Source of the DNA: an uncultured virus (IMG/VR IMGVR_UViG_2513020035_000002) | Lineage: Duplodnaviria > Heunggongvirae > Uroviricota > Caudoviricetes | Strand: one strand, 5' to 3' | IMG/VR virus record: IMGVR_UViG_2513020035_000002 | Length of the DNA stretch: 64,000 bases | Shown here: positions 8,631-19,634 of the stretch, piece by piece | How positions within the stretch are numbered: position 1 is the first letter of the stretch | Layout: the number at the start of each line of letters is the position of its first letter | Made by a program: the position numbers and the translations under genes | The notes under the pieces: generated by a model | What the model was told of the DNA's origin: nothing | Database searches by the model: none | What the model saw: the letters and a program-made list of their open reading frames with translations, nothing else

Positions 8631-9545
8631 ATGATAGAATTAGTGAAATCCAGTGTGGTTTTCAATGAGGAAAACCACACTTATATGCTCGGTGAAAAAC
8701 AGTTGCAAGGTATAACCGGTATGATTAGCCGGCAGTTGTTCCCTGACAAATATAAAGATGTCCCCGATTTTGTATTGAAGAGAGCTGTAGAGAAGGGTAG
8801 CCTTATTCATGCTCAATGCCAGTTTGCTGATGTAACAGGCTTACCTCCTGAAAGTATTGAAGCAGAGAATTATATCAGAATGAGGGTAAATGCCGGATAT
8901 AAGGCGCTTGCCAATGAATATACCGTTTCTGATAACGAATACTTTGCATCGAATATAGATTGTGTTTGGGAGAAAGCCGGTAGAATTAGTCTTGTTGACA
9001 TCAAAACTACCCTTCATCTTGATAAGGAGTATTTAAGTTGGCAGTTGTCAATCTATGCTTATTTCTTTGAACTTCAAAATCCATTACTCAAAGTTGATAA
9101 ATTGTTTAGCACTTGGTTGCGTGGTAATAAACATGAATTTGTTGAAATTAGTCGTAAGTCTGATAAAGAAGTCAAGAAGTTAATGGAATGCGAGAAGAAG
9201 GGTGAGCAATATCTATCCAATCTTCCCGTTCCTGCCCCTGATGATGACAAGTTACTTATTCCAATGCAGCTTGTAAATACTATAATCGGGATTGAGGAAG
9301 AACTTGCAGATCTAACCAAGATTCAGAAAGATTATAAGGCAAAATTGAAAACTGCTATGCGTGAGAATGGTGTCAAGTCATGGGATGCCGGAAGATTGCG
9401 AGTTAGTTATACACCCGCTTCTACGAGTGACAATTTTGATACTAAAAAGTTTCAGGCTGACTATCCGGAATTATATTCTAAGTATATCAAAACAGTTCCT
9501 AAAGCTGATAGTATCCGTGTAACAATAAGGGAGGATAAATCATGA
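8631..9545 (+). CDS. PD-(D/E)XK exonuclease-like protein
   Basis: ASNIDCV...LVDIKT...WQLSIY; adjacent to the recombinase. Confidence 0.75.
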   Translation: MIELVKSSVVFNEENHTYMLGEKQLQGITGMISRQLFPDKYKDVPDFVLKRAVEKGSLIHAQCQFADVTGLPPESIEAENYIRMRVNAGYKALANEYTVSDNEYFASNIDCVWEKAGRISLVDIKTTLHLDKEYLSWQLSIYAYFFELQNPLLKVDKLFSTWLRGNKHEFVEISRKSDKEVKKLMECEKKGEQYLSNLPVPAPDDDKLLIPMQLVNTIIGIEEELADLTKIQKDYKAKLKTAMRENGVKSWDAGRLRVSYTPASTSDNFDTKKFQADYPELYSKYIKTVPKADSIRVTIREDKS

Positions 9546-9991
9546 GTTTAAATAAATTGATGCTTATCGGGCATGTTGGCAAAGACCCCGATATTAGAAT
9601 TTTGGAAGCTGGTTCTAAAGTGGCCACTTTCTCCTTTGCCACCACTGAAAAAGGTTATACCCTTGCCAATGGAACACAGGTTCCTGAAAGAACTGAATGG
9701 CATAATATTGTTGTTTGGCGTGGTCTTGCCGATGTTGTTGAGAAGTATGTCCATAAGGGAGACAAGTTGTATCTGGAAGGAAAGATAAGAACTCGGAGTT
9801 ATGATGATAGCAGAGGAATTAAACGGTATATTACAGAACTTTTTGTTGATAATATGGAGATGCTTTCTGTTAAGCCTCAACAAGCGCCACCACCGCCACC
9901 TCTTCCGGAACACACCAATAATCAGACTCGAAGTGCGGTGAATGAGTGCCCGCCACCGCCACCACCGACCAAGGACGATTTGCCATTCTGA
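9542..9991 (+). CDS. ssb: single-stranded DNA-binding protein
   Basis: LNKLMLIGHVGKDP, TEWHNIVVW, C-terminal DDLPF. Confidence 0.95.
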   Translation: MSLNKLMLIGHVGKDPDIRILEAGSKVATFSFATTEKGYTLANGTQVPERTEWHNIVVWRGLADVVEKYVHKGDKLYLEGKIRTRSYDDSRGIKRYITELFVDNMEMLSVKPQQAPPPPPLPEHTNNQTRSAVNECPPPPPPTKDDLPF

Positions 9992-9997
9992 TAGGTT

Positions 9998-10450
9998 ATG
10001 GAAGCAACATTGACGAAGAAAGATGGCAAAATCCAAATGGATAAGTCTTTCGAGTTCATGTGCAGCACACTTCGTAATGGAGAATACACTGTAACCATTA
10101 AGAAAAAAACACAGCCGAGAACATTAAATCAAAATGCTCTCATGTGGAAATGGTTTCAGTGTATTGGTGCCTGTTTGCGTGAATACACAGGTGAAGAGTA
10201 TTGGAGCACTGCTGCTGGAGTTCAGGATATACATGACTTGTATTGTAAGAAGTTTCTTGTGAAACAGGTTCATGTGAATGGTAAAGTGGAAACTATTGTG
10301 CGAGGAACAAGTAAACTTAATACTTTAGAGATGCATAATTTCATGGAAAGCGTGAAAATAGATGCGGCCACCGAGTTTGGTATTACACTTCCATTGCCTG
10401 AAGACCAGCATTACTTAGATTTTATTCATGAGTACCAAAACCGGTACTAA
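9998..10450 (+). CDS. NinB-like protein
   Basis: RTLNQNALMW and TSKLNTLEM motifs. Confidence 0.65.
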   Translation: MEATLTKKDGKIQMDKSFEFMCSTLRNGEYTVTIKKKTQPRTLNQNALMWKWFQCIGACLREYTGEEYWSTAAGVQDIHDLYCKKFLVKQVHVNGKVETIVRGTSKLNTLEMHNFMESVKIDAATEFGITLPLPEDQHYLDFIHEYQNRY

Positions 10451-10468
10451 TTAATCCTTTTATAATTT

Positions 10469-11137
10469 ATGATTGCAAATTTGAGAAACTACGAACCCGA
10501 GACAATCGAGTTTGTAGTTCCCGATTCTATTCGGGAAAAATTTCCCCCTGTTTTATTTCAGGGTTCTACGAATGTAGATGAATTGATAAAGTTGGTGAAT
10601 GAGCATTTCAATGCTACATTCCCTGAAAGTGAGGTGACACAACGTTTACTGGATGAATTTGAGATTTCCGAAATTCGTGAAGAGTATTGCATCAAGCAAG
10701 AGAATGAGGTCCCCAAACGCGAACGTGAACTGTTGGAAGCCATTGAACGTGCAAAGAAAATTAAGAGTGATGCACAAGACAGGTTAGCTTCTATTAAGAC
10801 TGAAATTAAAGACCTGGCTGCCGAGGTCAAAAAGGGGACGAGGGAGTATCATCTTTCAAGTAAGAATACGATCCGGTTTGCTCTTGATGGATATTTCCTG
10901 TATTATTCATGGGTGAACGGTGAGTTTAAGCTTGTGAAAGCTGAAAAAATTCCTGATTGGGACAAACGTTCTCTTTGGGCACAGGAAGATCGAAACAGAA
11001 AAGCGATGCTTGATTTGTTTGGTATTGAATATCCTGAAGTAGAACGTCCTATTGATGATACAGAAGATTATGGGGACAAGTTCGAAGAAGACCTGTCTGA
11101 TAAACTTCCTGAAGAAGAACCGGAAGACGATGAGTAG
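10469..11137 (+). CDS. hypothetical protein
   Basis: 222 aa ORF in operon. Confidence 0.75.
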   Translation: MIANLRNYEPETIEFVVPDSIREKFPPVLFQGSTNVDELIKLVNEHFNATFPESEVTQRLLDEFEISEIREEYCIKQENEVPKRERELLEAIERAKKIKSDAQDRLASIKTEIKDLAAEVKKGTREYHLSSKNTIRFALDGYFLYYSWVNGEFKLVKAEKIPDWDKRSLWAQEDRNRKAMLDLFGIEYPEVERPIDDTEDYGDKFEEDLSDKLPEEEPEDDE

Positions 11138-11405
11138 ATTGCAGCACAAAAAAGGCAGGAAGTCCAACTATGTGAAGCGGCTTGTGAATAATCCAGATTG
11201 GGAAGAAGCCAAGCGTAAAGTTCGTATTAGGGACGGACATAAATGCCAGATGTGCGGTAAAGACTTTAATTTAGAGATTCACCACAAAACATACAGGGTT
11301 AACGGAAAATCAATCGTTGGTCATGAGCTTGAACATCTTGATTGTCTCGTTACCCTTTGTGGTGACTGTCATTCGAAAGTTCATAAATATCACATCAAAT
11401 TATGA
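11130..11405 (+). CDS. HNH endonuclease
   Basis: RDGHKCQMCG...LEIHH...LVTLCGDCH. Confidence 0.85.
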   Translation: MSRLQHKKGRKSNYVKRLVNNPDWEEAKRKVRIRDGHKCQMCGKDFNLEIHHKTYRVNGKSIVGHELEHLDCLVTLCGDCHSKVHKYHIKL

Positions 11406-12559
11406 CATACCAGTTAAGAGACTACCAAAAAAGTGCTAGTGATGCAGCGGTCAGCGTTTTTAAATCCAAGGAAAAGAAAAACTACGTGATAGTTCTTCCC
11501 ACTGGTGCCGGGAAGTCCCTTGTCATTGCCAATATAGCTGCACGGATAGACGGGCCGCTGATAGTGTTCCAGCCTAGCAAGGAAATACTCGAACAAAATT
11601 TTGCGAAACTTCAATCATACGGCATATTCGATTGTGGAGTTTATTCAGCTTCTGCCGGAAGAAAGGATATCAATCGTATTACGTTTGCTATGATTGGTAG
11701 TGTGATGAAACACATGAGTTTCTTCAAACATTTCAAGCACGTTCTGATTGATGAATGTCATTTAGTGAATCCGGAGAAAGGAATGTATAAGGAATTCTTT
11801 GAAGATGAGCAAAGGAAAGTTATTGGGCTGACAGCGACTCCTTACAGATTATGTTCAGGAAGAGGTGGTGCTATGCTTAAATTTATAACTCGTACCCGGC
11901 CAAAGGTTTTCACTGATGTTATTTATCACTGTCAGGTGAGTGAACTACTTGCTAAAGGATTTCTCGCAAGTTTGAAATACTATGATATTACAAAGTTGGA
12001 TTTAAGTAGAGTCAGGACTAATTCTACTGGTGCAGATTACGATGAAAAAAGTCTTCTGCAAGAGTTTGAACGTGTGGACATATACAAAGATATAGTTGGA
12101 TGGACAAAACGTCTGTTGAACCCCAAATCGGGCATACCACGCAAAGGTATTTTAATATTCACGAGGTTTATTCGTGAAGCTGAAAAACTGGCTTCCGAAA
12201 TTCCTAATTGTGCGATCGTTAGCGGTTCTACTCCAAAGGAGGAAAGGGCACGAATTCTGAAAGGTTTTAAAGATGGAAGAATAAAAGTTGTTGCTAATGT
12301 CGGAGTACTTACAACCGGATTCGATTACCCGGAGCTTGATACGGTTGTTCTTGCACGTCCAACCAAATCCCTTTCCCTCTATTATCAAATGGTCGGTCGT
12401 GTCATTCGTCCCTGCCAAGGTAAAGAGGGTTGGGTTGTTGATTTGAGTGGGAATTTCCGGCGCTTTGGGCGTGTTGAAGAGTTACGCATAGAACAGCCTG
12501 AAAAGGGAAAATGGTGTATAATGAGTCGTGGCCGTCAATTAACCAATGTAGTATTTTAA
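11402..12559 (+). CDS. SF2 DExH helicase (YejH/RadD-like)
   Basis: PTGAGKS, DECH, TAT, QMVGRVIR. Confidence 0.92.
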   Translation: MTYQLRDYQKSASDAAVSVFKSKEKKNYVIVLPTGAGKSLVIANIAARIDGPLIVFQPSKEILEQNFAKLQSYGIFDCGVYSASAGRKDINRITFAMIGSVMKHMSFFKHFKHVLIDECHLVNPEKGMYKEFFEDEQRKVIGLTATPYRLCSGRGGAMLKFITRTRPKVFTDVIYHCQVSELLAKGFLASLKYYDITKLDLSRVRTNSTGADYDEKSLLQEFERVDIYKDIVGWTKRLLNPKSGIPRKGILIFTRFIREAEKLASEIPNCAIVSGSTPKEERARILKGFKDGRIKVVANVGVLTTGFDYPELDTVVLARPTKSLSLYYQMVGRVIRPCQGKEGWVVDLSGNFRRFGRVEELRIEQPEKGKWCIMSRGRQLTNVVF

Positions 12560-12564
12560 TTATC

Positions 12565-13029
12565 ATGTGGAGAAATTACAAGAAGAAAGAAAAGAAAAAG
12601 CCTCTTTTCGAGGTAGAAGGTGTTAAGGTCAAGAAGAAACCTGATCTTGTCAATGAACTAGACAGAATATTTAGTTTATTCATCCGTTATCGTGATACGA
12701 TGCCTAATGGATATTTTCAGTGTATTTCATGTGGTAAAATAAAGCCTTTCAATAAAGCAGATTGCGGTCATTACATCAACCGCCAACACATGAGTACTCG
12801 CTTTGATGAAATGAACTGCAATGCTCAATGTTCACATTGTAACCGCTTCATGGAAGGAAATATTCAGGATTATCGCAGACGTCTAGTTGCCAAGTATGGT
12901 GAACGAAATGTGCTACTCCTGGAAGCCAAGAAAAATGTTTCTAAGCAATTTAGTGACTTTCAATTAGAAAAGCTGATTACTCATTACAAGGAAGAAGCGA
13001 AAAAACTGAAGGAAGCAAAAGGTCTGTGA
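12565..13029 (+). CDS. NinG/Rap-like nuclease
   Basis: CISCG, DCGHY, RFDEMNCNAQCSHCN. Confidence 0.85.
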   Translation: MWRNYKKKEKKKPLFEVEGVKVKKKPDLVNELDRIFSLFIRYRDTMPNGYFQCISCGKIKPFNKADCGHYINRQHMSTRFDEMNCNAQCSHCNRFMEGNIQDYRRRLVAKYGERNVLLLEAKKNVSKQFSDFQLEKLITHYKEEAKKLKEAKGL

Positions 13030-13064
13030 GTTTTATTACTAATCGGAGTACAATCCCTTAAAAT

Positions 13065-13877
13065 ATGGAAAGAAATTCATTCATCTTTTATAAAGGGTGG
13101 AGAGAAGCAATCAAGGATTTGCCGGATGATGTCAGGCTGGAGATTTACGAAAGCATAATTGAGTATGCGACAACGGGAAATCTTCGGGGGTTGAAACCTA
13201 TGGCAAATATTGCTTTCAACTTTATAAAGATAGATATAGACAGGGATACTGAAAAGTATATGTCTATTGTGGAAAGGAATAAGAGCAATGGTTCTAAGGG
13301 GGGACGTCCGAAAAGTGAAAACCCAAAAGAACCCAAAGAACCCACAAAACCCACTGGGTTATTTGGAAACCCAAAAGAACCCACAAAACCCGATAATGAT
13401 AATGAATATGATAATGATTATGTAGATGATAATGATTCTCATTTAAAAAAGAAAGAAACTTCTCCTAAAGGAGAATCAAAGAAAGACGAGCTTTCTTTGT
13501 TCCCCGAGGAAAAGATTGATTGGGGTGGGCTAATGGATTATTTTAATTCCACGTTTAAAGGTAAACTTCCTGCTATAAAGTCCATAGATGCAAAACGAAA
13601 GAAAGCTATTAAAGCACGTGTCGCACAATACGGGAAGCAAGCTGTATTCGATGTGTTCCAATTGGTTTTAGACAGTCCTTTCTTGCTTGGACAAAACGAT
13701 AAAAATTGGAGGTGCACTTTTGACTGGATATTCAAGTCTGCGAATTTTACTAAAATTTTAGAAGGAAATTACAATGGAAAACGAACTGATACTGCGGCCA
13801 CAAGAAGAGAATCGGTTAGCAGTCTTACGGACCTCGCCGAAAAACTATTGCAAAGCTCTATGCCCCAAGAAGGTTGA
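13065..13877 (+). CDS. replication initiator-like protein
   Basis: NGSKGGRP, internal repeats, FDWIFK...KILEGNY C-terminus. Confidence 0.75.
   Translation: MERNSFIFYKGWREAIKDLPDDVRLEIYESIIEYATTGNLRGLKPMANIAFNFIKIDIDRDTEKYMSIVERNKSNGSKGGRPKSENPKEPKEPTKPTGLFGNPKEPTKPDNDNEYDNDYVDDNDSHLKKKETSPKGESKKDELSLFPEEKIDWGGLMDYFNSTFKGKLPAIKSIDAKRKKAIKARVAQYGKQAVFDVFQLVLDSPFLLGQNDKNWRCTFDWIFKSANFTKILEGNYNGKRTDTAATRRESVSSLTDLAEKLLQSSMPQEG
13318..13437. repeat. iteron-like repeats, probable origin
   Basis: AAACCCAAAAGAACCC and GAACCCACAAAACCC each twice, then GATAAT repeats, inside the initiator gene. Confidence 0.55.
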
Positions 13878-14421
13878 AGATGTATTTCAAAGTGATGAAC
13901 CTTCTATTGGCACTATTATAAGAAAGTTTGGTGAGCCGCAAGCCAGAGCAGTGTTGGTCATATTGATAGCTGATGCCTTGGAGTTTTTCAATGTCGGTAA
14001 TCCAATGTCGGCTACACAAGTCGCTACTACAGTAGATTTAATCATTGAAGAATATCCATATATGAAAACTGATGATTTTAAACTGTGTTTCAAGAACGCA
14101 ATGAAAATGAAATATGGCAATATCTATAATAGAATTGATGGTCAGGTCATCATGAGTTGGCTTCGTGAATACAATAAAGAACGTTGTGCTGTTGCTGATA
14201 ATCAGTCATGGAATTTTCATAAAGAGAATTTGTCGGAGGAAGTGAACTATACAAGTGGCTTGTCGTATGAAGAATACCGGAACGAACTCAAACTTAGAGT
14301 TGGGCAAGGAGATGAAGAAGCTGCTAAAGCGTTAAGTCTCTCAAATGAAATAATCTCTTATCTAAACAAAAGAGAAAATGGCAAACAAGAAGCAGAAGGT
14401 GACAATTTACTGGAACACTAG
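13774..14421 (+). CDS. replication-associated hypothetical protein
   Basis: Overlaps the initiator; helicase-loader position. Confidence 0.65.
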   Translation: MENELILRPQEENRLAVLRTSPKNYCKALCPKKVEDVFQSDEPSIGTIIRKFGEPQARAVLVILIADALEFFNVGNPMSATQVATTVDLIIEEYPYMKTDDFKLCFKNAMKMKYGNIYNRIDGQVIMSWLREYNKERCAVADNQSWNFHKENLSEEVNYTSGLSYEEYRNELKLRVGQGDEEAAKALSLSNEIISYLNKRENGKQEAEGDNLLEH

Positions 14422-14599
14422 GCATATCAAACTTGAAGATATTCCTGAAGTGAAAAGAAGAATACGGGAGCGTTTTGGTATTCCTAATCACACAACTGTT
14501 AATGGTGAAACGGATTGTTATATCCGTGAGGAAGATATGGAATTGCTTCGGGAAACGGAAAAACGTGGCTTCATTCAAATACGTAATAAGCCTGCATGA
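14378..14599 (+). CDS. hypothetical protein
   Basis: 73 aa ORF. Confidence 0.6.
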   Translation: MANKKQKVTIYWNTRHIKLEDIPEVKRRIRERFGIPNHTTVNGETDCYIREEDMELLRETEKRGFIQIRNKPA

Positions 14600-14700
14600 A
14601 AATGGCGTTAAAATGGCGAAGTTTCTGTTTGCATAACTTGTCATTTTACGATAAATTTACTGATGTAATGAATTAGAAGTCAAACCAATATAATTAAATT
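14599..14700 (+). promoter_or_regulatory. repeated promoter cassette, copy 2
   Basis: Same layout as copy 1; TAAATTTA at the -7 position. Confidence 0.8.
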
Positions 14701-16456
14701 ATGGAAGTACAAAACATTAGAATTGACCTTATCAGTCCTTCTCCTTTGAATCCGAGAAAGACTTTTGATGAAGCAGCTCTTGAAGAGCTTGCAAGCAACA
14801 TTGAAAAGCAAGGTTTATTGCAACCTATCACTGTCAGAGTTGCTAAATCCGAGGAGATGACTAACCTAGAAACCGGAGATGTTACCCCACTACCTTACAC
14901 ATACGAAATTGTTTGCGGTGAGCGTCGTTTCCGGGCTGTGTCACTTTTGAAAGCAAAGGAAGATGAAGCGAATGTTGCAAAAATCAAAGCCCATCGAAAA
15001 AAGTCGGAAAAATTTCAGACAATATCCTGCATTGTCAGAGAAATGACAGATGATGAGGCTTTTGAAGCGATGATTACCGAGAATCTTCAAAGAAAAGATG
15101 TTGATCCCATCGAAGAAGCTTTTGCCTTTGCGCAGTTGGCTGAAAAAGGACGAACTTTGGAAGATATTGCTCTTAAAATAGGAAAGTCTACCCGGTTTGT
15201 TTTTGACCGTATTAAATTGAATTCTCTTATTCCTGAACTAAAAGAGCGGGTAAGAAATGGAGATATACCATTGTCCGGTGCTATGATTCTTTCTAAATTG
15301 GATGAAGATACTCAAAAAGAGTTTCATGAGGAGGAGGAAGAACAATGTACTACTGCTATGATTCGAGAATTTGTGAGTAATTCTTTCATGGAGCTTGGTA
15401 ACGCACCTTGGATTAAAGATGATTCCGATAATTGGGNNNNNNNNNNNNNNNNNNNNNNNNNNNNNNNNNNNNNNNAATACTGATATTAAATCATGTTCTC
15501 AATGTGAGAATAATACGTGTAATCATGGTTGTTTGTTCTATGAAATGAATAGTAAGGATGCTAGATGTATCAATGCTGCTTGCTATGAGAAAAAACAGAT
15601 TGCTTATGTGACGCGGAAAATTCAACTAGAATATGAACATCTTGTTAAAGTTGGCGAACCTCTTTCATTTGGAAAAACAGTAATTATCGCTAGACGTCCC
15701 GATACATATTGGGGAGAAGATAGAAAGGTTTTCTATGAAAAAACTTTGGAAGCTGTTAAACAACTTGGATTTGAAATAGTTGATCCTGATGAAATCTTTA
15801 GATGTAAGTGCTGGTATTCAGAAGATGATGAACGCACTTTGAAAATGCTTGAAGATGGAGAAGTTTATCGTTGTCTTTCATTTTTTGGACATTATTCTCC
15901 CGAATTTAACGTTAGTTTCTATTATGTTAGAAAAGAAACGGCTTCCTCTACTTCCGCCGTTGCCGATCTAAAAGAGATAGAAAGGGAAAAAATAAACGCC
16001 CAATTAAAAAGAGCGAAGGATATAGTCAAGGAGAAGTCTGCTGAAGAAATGCGTAAGTGGGCGCAAGAGAAAACATATTATCAGAGAACAAAAGAATTCT
16101 CTGAAAATGAACAACTTGTTTTTGATGTGCTGGTTCTTAGCGGTTGTAGCAGTACTTATCTTGAAAAACTGAATTTGAAAAAATGGAATGGTGAGAGTGA
16201 TTTTGTAAATTATGTCAAGAACAACCAAGCTGACCGACACCAATGGTATAGAGCCTTTATTGCTGAATGCTTATCATCGAATAATGTGAATTTCTACTCC
16301 TATTTGCAAAAGTGTCAGAAAATCCTTTTTGCAGAACAATATCCGGATGATTTCAAAGCGCTCTCTAAGAAACTTGCGGATTCATATGATAAGAAAGAAA
16401 AGAAGCTCAAAGAAAGACTGAAAGAGCTAAATAACGATAACACAGAGGAAGCCTAG
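14701..16456 (+). CDS. ParB/Spo0J-family protein with long C-terminus, split by N run
   Basis: PSPLNPRK, GLLQPI, GERRFRA, ENLQRKD. Confidence 0.85.
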
Positions 16457-16483
16457 TGGTTTCCTCTCTTTATTGACGCACTT

Positions 16484-17248
16484 ATGAAAACGTGGACTGG
16501 CGAACAACTTGCTATACTTGACAGTGAGTACCCGACTGCTGATTTAAAAGAACTTGCTAGACGTCTTGATAAAACACTTAGTGCTGTTAAAACAAAGGCC
16601 TTGATTCGAAAACTTAGGCGCTCTCCGAGAATCTCGTTTTGGAATAGTGAGAGACTTGATAAATTGAAAAAGTTGTATCCCAATCATACTAATGAGGAAA
16701 TAGCACAGATATTAGGTACCACTTATTCTGCTGTAAATGGAATTGCATTTAAATTACGGCTCTTTAAATCTAAAGAATTTAAATTTCAATGCGCTTCTAA
16801 AAGCTTCTTTCCCAAAGGCCACCAACCGATGAACAAGGGACGTAAGCAAACGGAATATATGTCAGAGGAACAATTGGCAAAAACGAAAGCTACTCGATTT
16901 AAGAAAGGACATATCCCCAAAAATCATAAACCAGTCGGTTATGAACGCATAACTCGTGACGGTTACATTGAAGTGAAAACTGCCGAACCGAATGTCTTTG
17001 AACTTAAACATCGGCTTGTATGGATTGAGCATAATGGAGAAATCCCCCCTGGTTATAATATTCAGTTTAAGGATGGCAACAGGCAAAACGTTTCCATTGA
17101 GAACCTTTACATGATTAGTCGTTCTGAACAATTAAAAAAAGAGAATTCTTTGTATGCCCGATATCCGGAAGATGTTCAGTACCTAATCAAGCTAAAAGGA
17201 GCTTTGAATAGGCAAATTAATAAAGCAACAAAAAAGAATGAATCATGA
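16484..17248 (+). CDS. HNH endonuclease-like protein with N-terminal HTH repeats
   Basis: KHRLVWIEHNGEIP...FKDGNRQNVSIENL. Confidence 0.75.
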   Translation: MKTWTGEQLAILDSEYPTADLKELARRLDKTLSAVKTKALIRKLRRSPRISFWNSERLDKLKKLYPNHTNEEIAQILGTTYSAVNGIAFKLRLFKSKEFKFQCASKSFFPKGHQPMNKGRKQTEYMSEEQLAKTKATRFKKGHIPKNHKPVGYERITRDGYIEVKTAEPNVFELKHRLVWIEHNGEIPPGYNIQFKDGNRQNVSIENLYMISRSEQLKKENSLYARYPEDVQYLIKLKGALNRQINKATKKNES

Positions 17249-17682
17249 CTGATGGAGCAATAGATAGATTGAAAGAAATGGTTAATAAACCATTCCTTTA
17301 TCAGAATGAAGAAGTTGTAATTCTCAATTACTGTGACGGTACCGGTGATGATGGTACCGAAGTTGAGATATACTTGAATAATGGCAAAGTATTGGTATTT
17401 AGTATGTTTGATTTGGCTTCCAAGTTGAACCGTTTCCGGTCGATAACAAATACAGTTGTTGTGTTGGCTAATGAACGGTTGAATAAGGTGTCTACAGTGA
17501 ACCCTACCATTTTACAAGATTTGAGGAATTTGGTTCTTCAACAAATTAAGGATGTGAAAGAAGATCCTAGTAAAGTGAGCCAAGCAAAACAAGTTTTCCA
17601 AGGGGTTAATACCGTAATCAATCTTGCTAAGACAGAATTAGAGTACAGGAAATATTTAGATACAACAGACCCCTCAAAATAA
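17245..17682 (+). CDS. hypothetical protein
   Basis: 145 aa ORF. Confidence 0.7.
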   Translation: MTDGAIDRLKEMVNKPFLYQNEEVVILNYCDGTGDDGTEVEIYLNNGKVLVFSMFDLASKLNRFRSITNTVVVLANERLNKVSTVNPTILQDLRNLVLQQIKDVKEDPSKVSQAKQVFQGVNTVINLAKTELEYRKYLDTTDPSK

Positions 17683-17791
17683 ATAATAGTATGCTGATAG
17701 ATAAAGAATATGTTCATTGGTTTCGCATCAGAGGCCAACCTAATAGAATCGTGTGAGATTATTCATAGTCTAACAATTTAACCCGATCGAT

Positions 17792-18085
17792 ATGATAACA
17801 TTGAATAGGTTTGCCCAGAGATGCTTGAATATCATGAGGAAACGCTTTAAGATGAATGAGCATAGCTCAAGAAAAGCGTTTAGCATAAGAATTGAAGCCG
17901 TTTGGAGAAAATTCGATATTGCTTCTAAATATAGGAGTGATAATCTTCCTAAATATTCGGAAGATGAAGAATTGGCAGCCGAGATGATAATTTACCTTGT
18001 TGCCTATTTAAAAAGATTTGGTTGTGAGGACATTGAACGGCTTATCAAAGATAAGATAGAGTTCGATGATAGAAAAAATGATTAG
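17792..18085 (+). CDS. hypothetical protein
   Basis: 97 aa ORF. Confidence 0.6.
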   Translation: MITLNRFAQRCLNIMRKRFKMNEHSSRKAFSIRIEAVWRKFDIASKYRSDNLPKYSEDEELAAEMIIYLVAYLKRFGCEDIERLIKDKIEFDDRKND

Positions 18086-18145
18086 GTGTTGTTACTGACT
18101 GTTTGTGTTGTTGATTTTGTGTTGTTGATTTTAATATAGTTAGTT

Positions 18146-18802
18146 ATGACAGAGATTATTCAAGTCTGCCTACTTGATTTTAATAAGGGGCAGCTCACGG
18201 GATTGCCGAAAAATCCACGTTTTTTTCGTGATTACCGCTTTGAAGCGATGAAGAAAAGCATTCAGGATTCGCCAGAGATGCTTGAGCTTCGAGAACTTAT
18301 AGTTTTTCCCTACAATGATGGCAGATATATTGTTGTTTGTGGTAATTTACGTTTGCGAGCTTGCAAGGAGTTAGGTTATAAAGAACTGCCTTGTAAAATT
18401 CTGGCACCTGATACCCCCGTTAAGAAGTTGAGGGAATATGCCACTAAAGATAATGTCAATTTTGGTGAGAATGATTTGGACGTTATGGAAAACGAGTGGA
18501 ATAAGGCGGAACTCCAAGATTGGGGCATCGAATTTGCCCCGGAGAAGAAAGAGGATGAATTTAAAGAGCGCTTCGATGCCATCACGGATGATACAGCCAT
18601 TTATCCTCTCATTCCAAAGTATGACGAAAAACATGAGTTGTTTATCATCACCTCAAGTAATGAGGTAGATAGCAACTGGCTTCGTGAAAGGCTGGACATG
18701 CAGCACATGAAGTCGTACAAAACCGGGAAAATAAGTAAATCCAATGTAATTGATATAAAAGACGTTCGCCATGCCCTGCAAGATAGTAATACCAAGTCAT
18801 AA
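18146..18802 (+). CDS. ParB/Srx N-terminal domain protein
   Basis: NPR, VVCGNLRLRACKELG, KDNVNFGE. Confidence 0.75.
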   Translation: MTEIIQVCLLDFNKGQLTGLPKNPRFFRDYRFEAMKKSIQDSPEMLELRELIVFPYNDGRYIVVCGNLRLRACKELGYKELPCKILAPDTPVKKLREYATKDNVNFGENDLDVMENEWNKAELQDWGIEFAPEKKEDEFKERFDAITDDTAIYPLIPKYDEKHELFIITSSNEVDSNWLRERLDMQHMKSYKTGKISKSNVIDIKDVRHALQDSNTKS

Positions 18803-19523
18803 ACGCCATGACCGGGTGTTCGCTAAAAAGTTGGTGAACGATCCTATCATTTGCGTTGCTGAAAGTCAAGCTGACTTATATCAACAATTTAACCCGGAAT
18901 GTGAAATTGTTACTCATCCTGACGACGTTATGGGCCTCATCCCGAAACGTAACTGGATGGCAAAGCATTTTGGAGAACTTTTCATGCTTGATGATGATGT
19001 CCATGCCTGCAAACCTATTTATGTGGAAAAAGGAGAACCTAGCCGGATAAAGGATAAAGATAAGATAACCAATATCATTCAGTCATTATTTGAGATGGCC
19101 AGTATGATGGATGTACATCTGTTTGGCTTCACCGCTCGGATATCGCCGGTAATGTATGATGAATCCGCTTTTCTTTCTCTTTCGAAAATGATAACCGGTT
19201 GCAGTTATGGAGTAATCTATAACAAAAACACTTGGTGGAATGAGGAAATACGTTTGAAGGAAGATTTTTGGATTTCTTGTTACATGAAGTACAAAGAACG
19301 TAAGGTTTTAACCGATTTGCGGTATAATTTTGAGCAAAAGAACACTTTTGTAAACGCTGGTGGGCTTGCTTCTATAAGGAATCAGGAAGAGGAACGTAAA
19401 TCTATCCTCTTTATCAAAAAGAATTTTGGTGATAGTATTTTGCTAAAGAGTGCAACCACTAATGGGAAAGACAAAACAAAGCAGCTCGTTCAATATAATA
19501 TATCATGCAAATTCAAATTCTAA
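18771..19523 (+). CDS. GT-A glycosyltransferase, TAGT/GREB1-like
   Basis: IVIPSHKR, KRNW, FMLDDD, KEDFWIS, NAGG. Confidence 0.65.
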   Translation: MPCKIVIPSHKRHDRVFAKKLVNDPIICVAESQADLYQQFNPECEIVTHPDDVMGLIPKRNWMAKHFGELFMLDDDVHACKPIYVEKGEPSRIKDKDKITNIIQSLFEMASMMDVHLFGFTARISPVMYDESAFLSLSKMITGCSYGVIYNKNTWWNEEIRLKEDFWISCYMKYKERKVLTDLRYNFEQKNTFVNAGGLASIRNQEEERKSILFIKKNFGDSILLKSATTNGKDKTKQLVQYNISCKFKF

Positions 19524-19532
19524 TAGTCTGTA

Positions 19533-19634
19533 AAAAAGGCGTTTAAATGGCGTCCATTCTGTTTGTCATATTCGCCTTTTTTAGCTAATTTTACTGATGT
19601 AATAAACTAAAAGTCAAACCATTAAATTAGAATT
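19533..19634 (+). promoter_or_regulatory. repeated promoter cassette, copy 3
   Basis: Diverged tandem repeat; TTTG-N20-TAATTTTA; 3' leader nearly identical to copy 1. Confidence 0.75.

Noticed and set aside
18102..18129. Tandem 14-mer TTTGTGTTGTTGAT x2
   Set aside because: Short and low complexity; only loosely resembles the TG motif in the RNA array.
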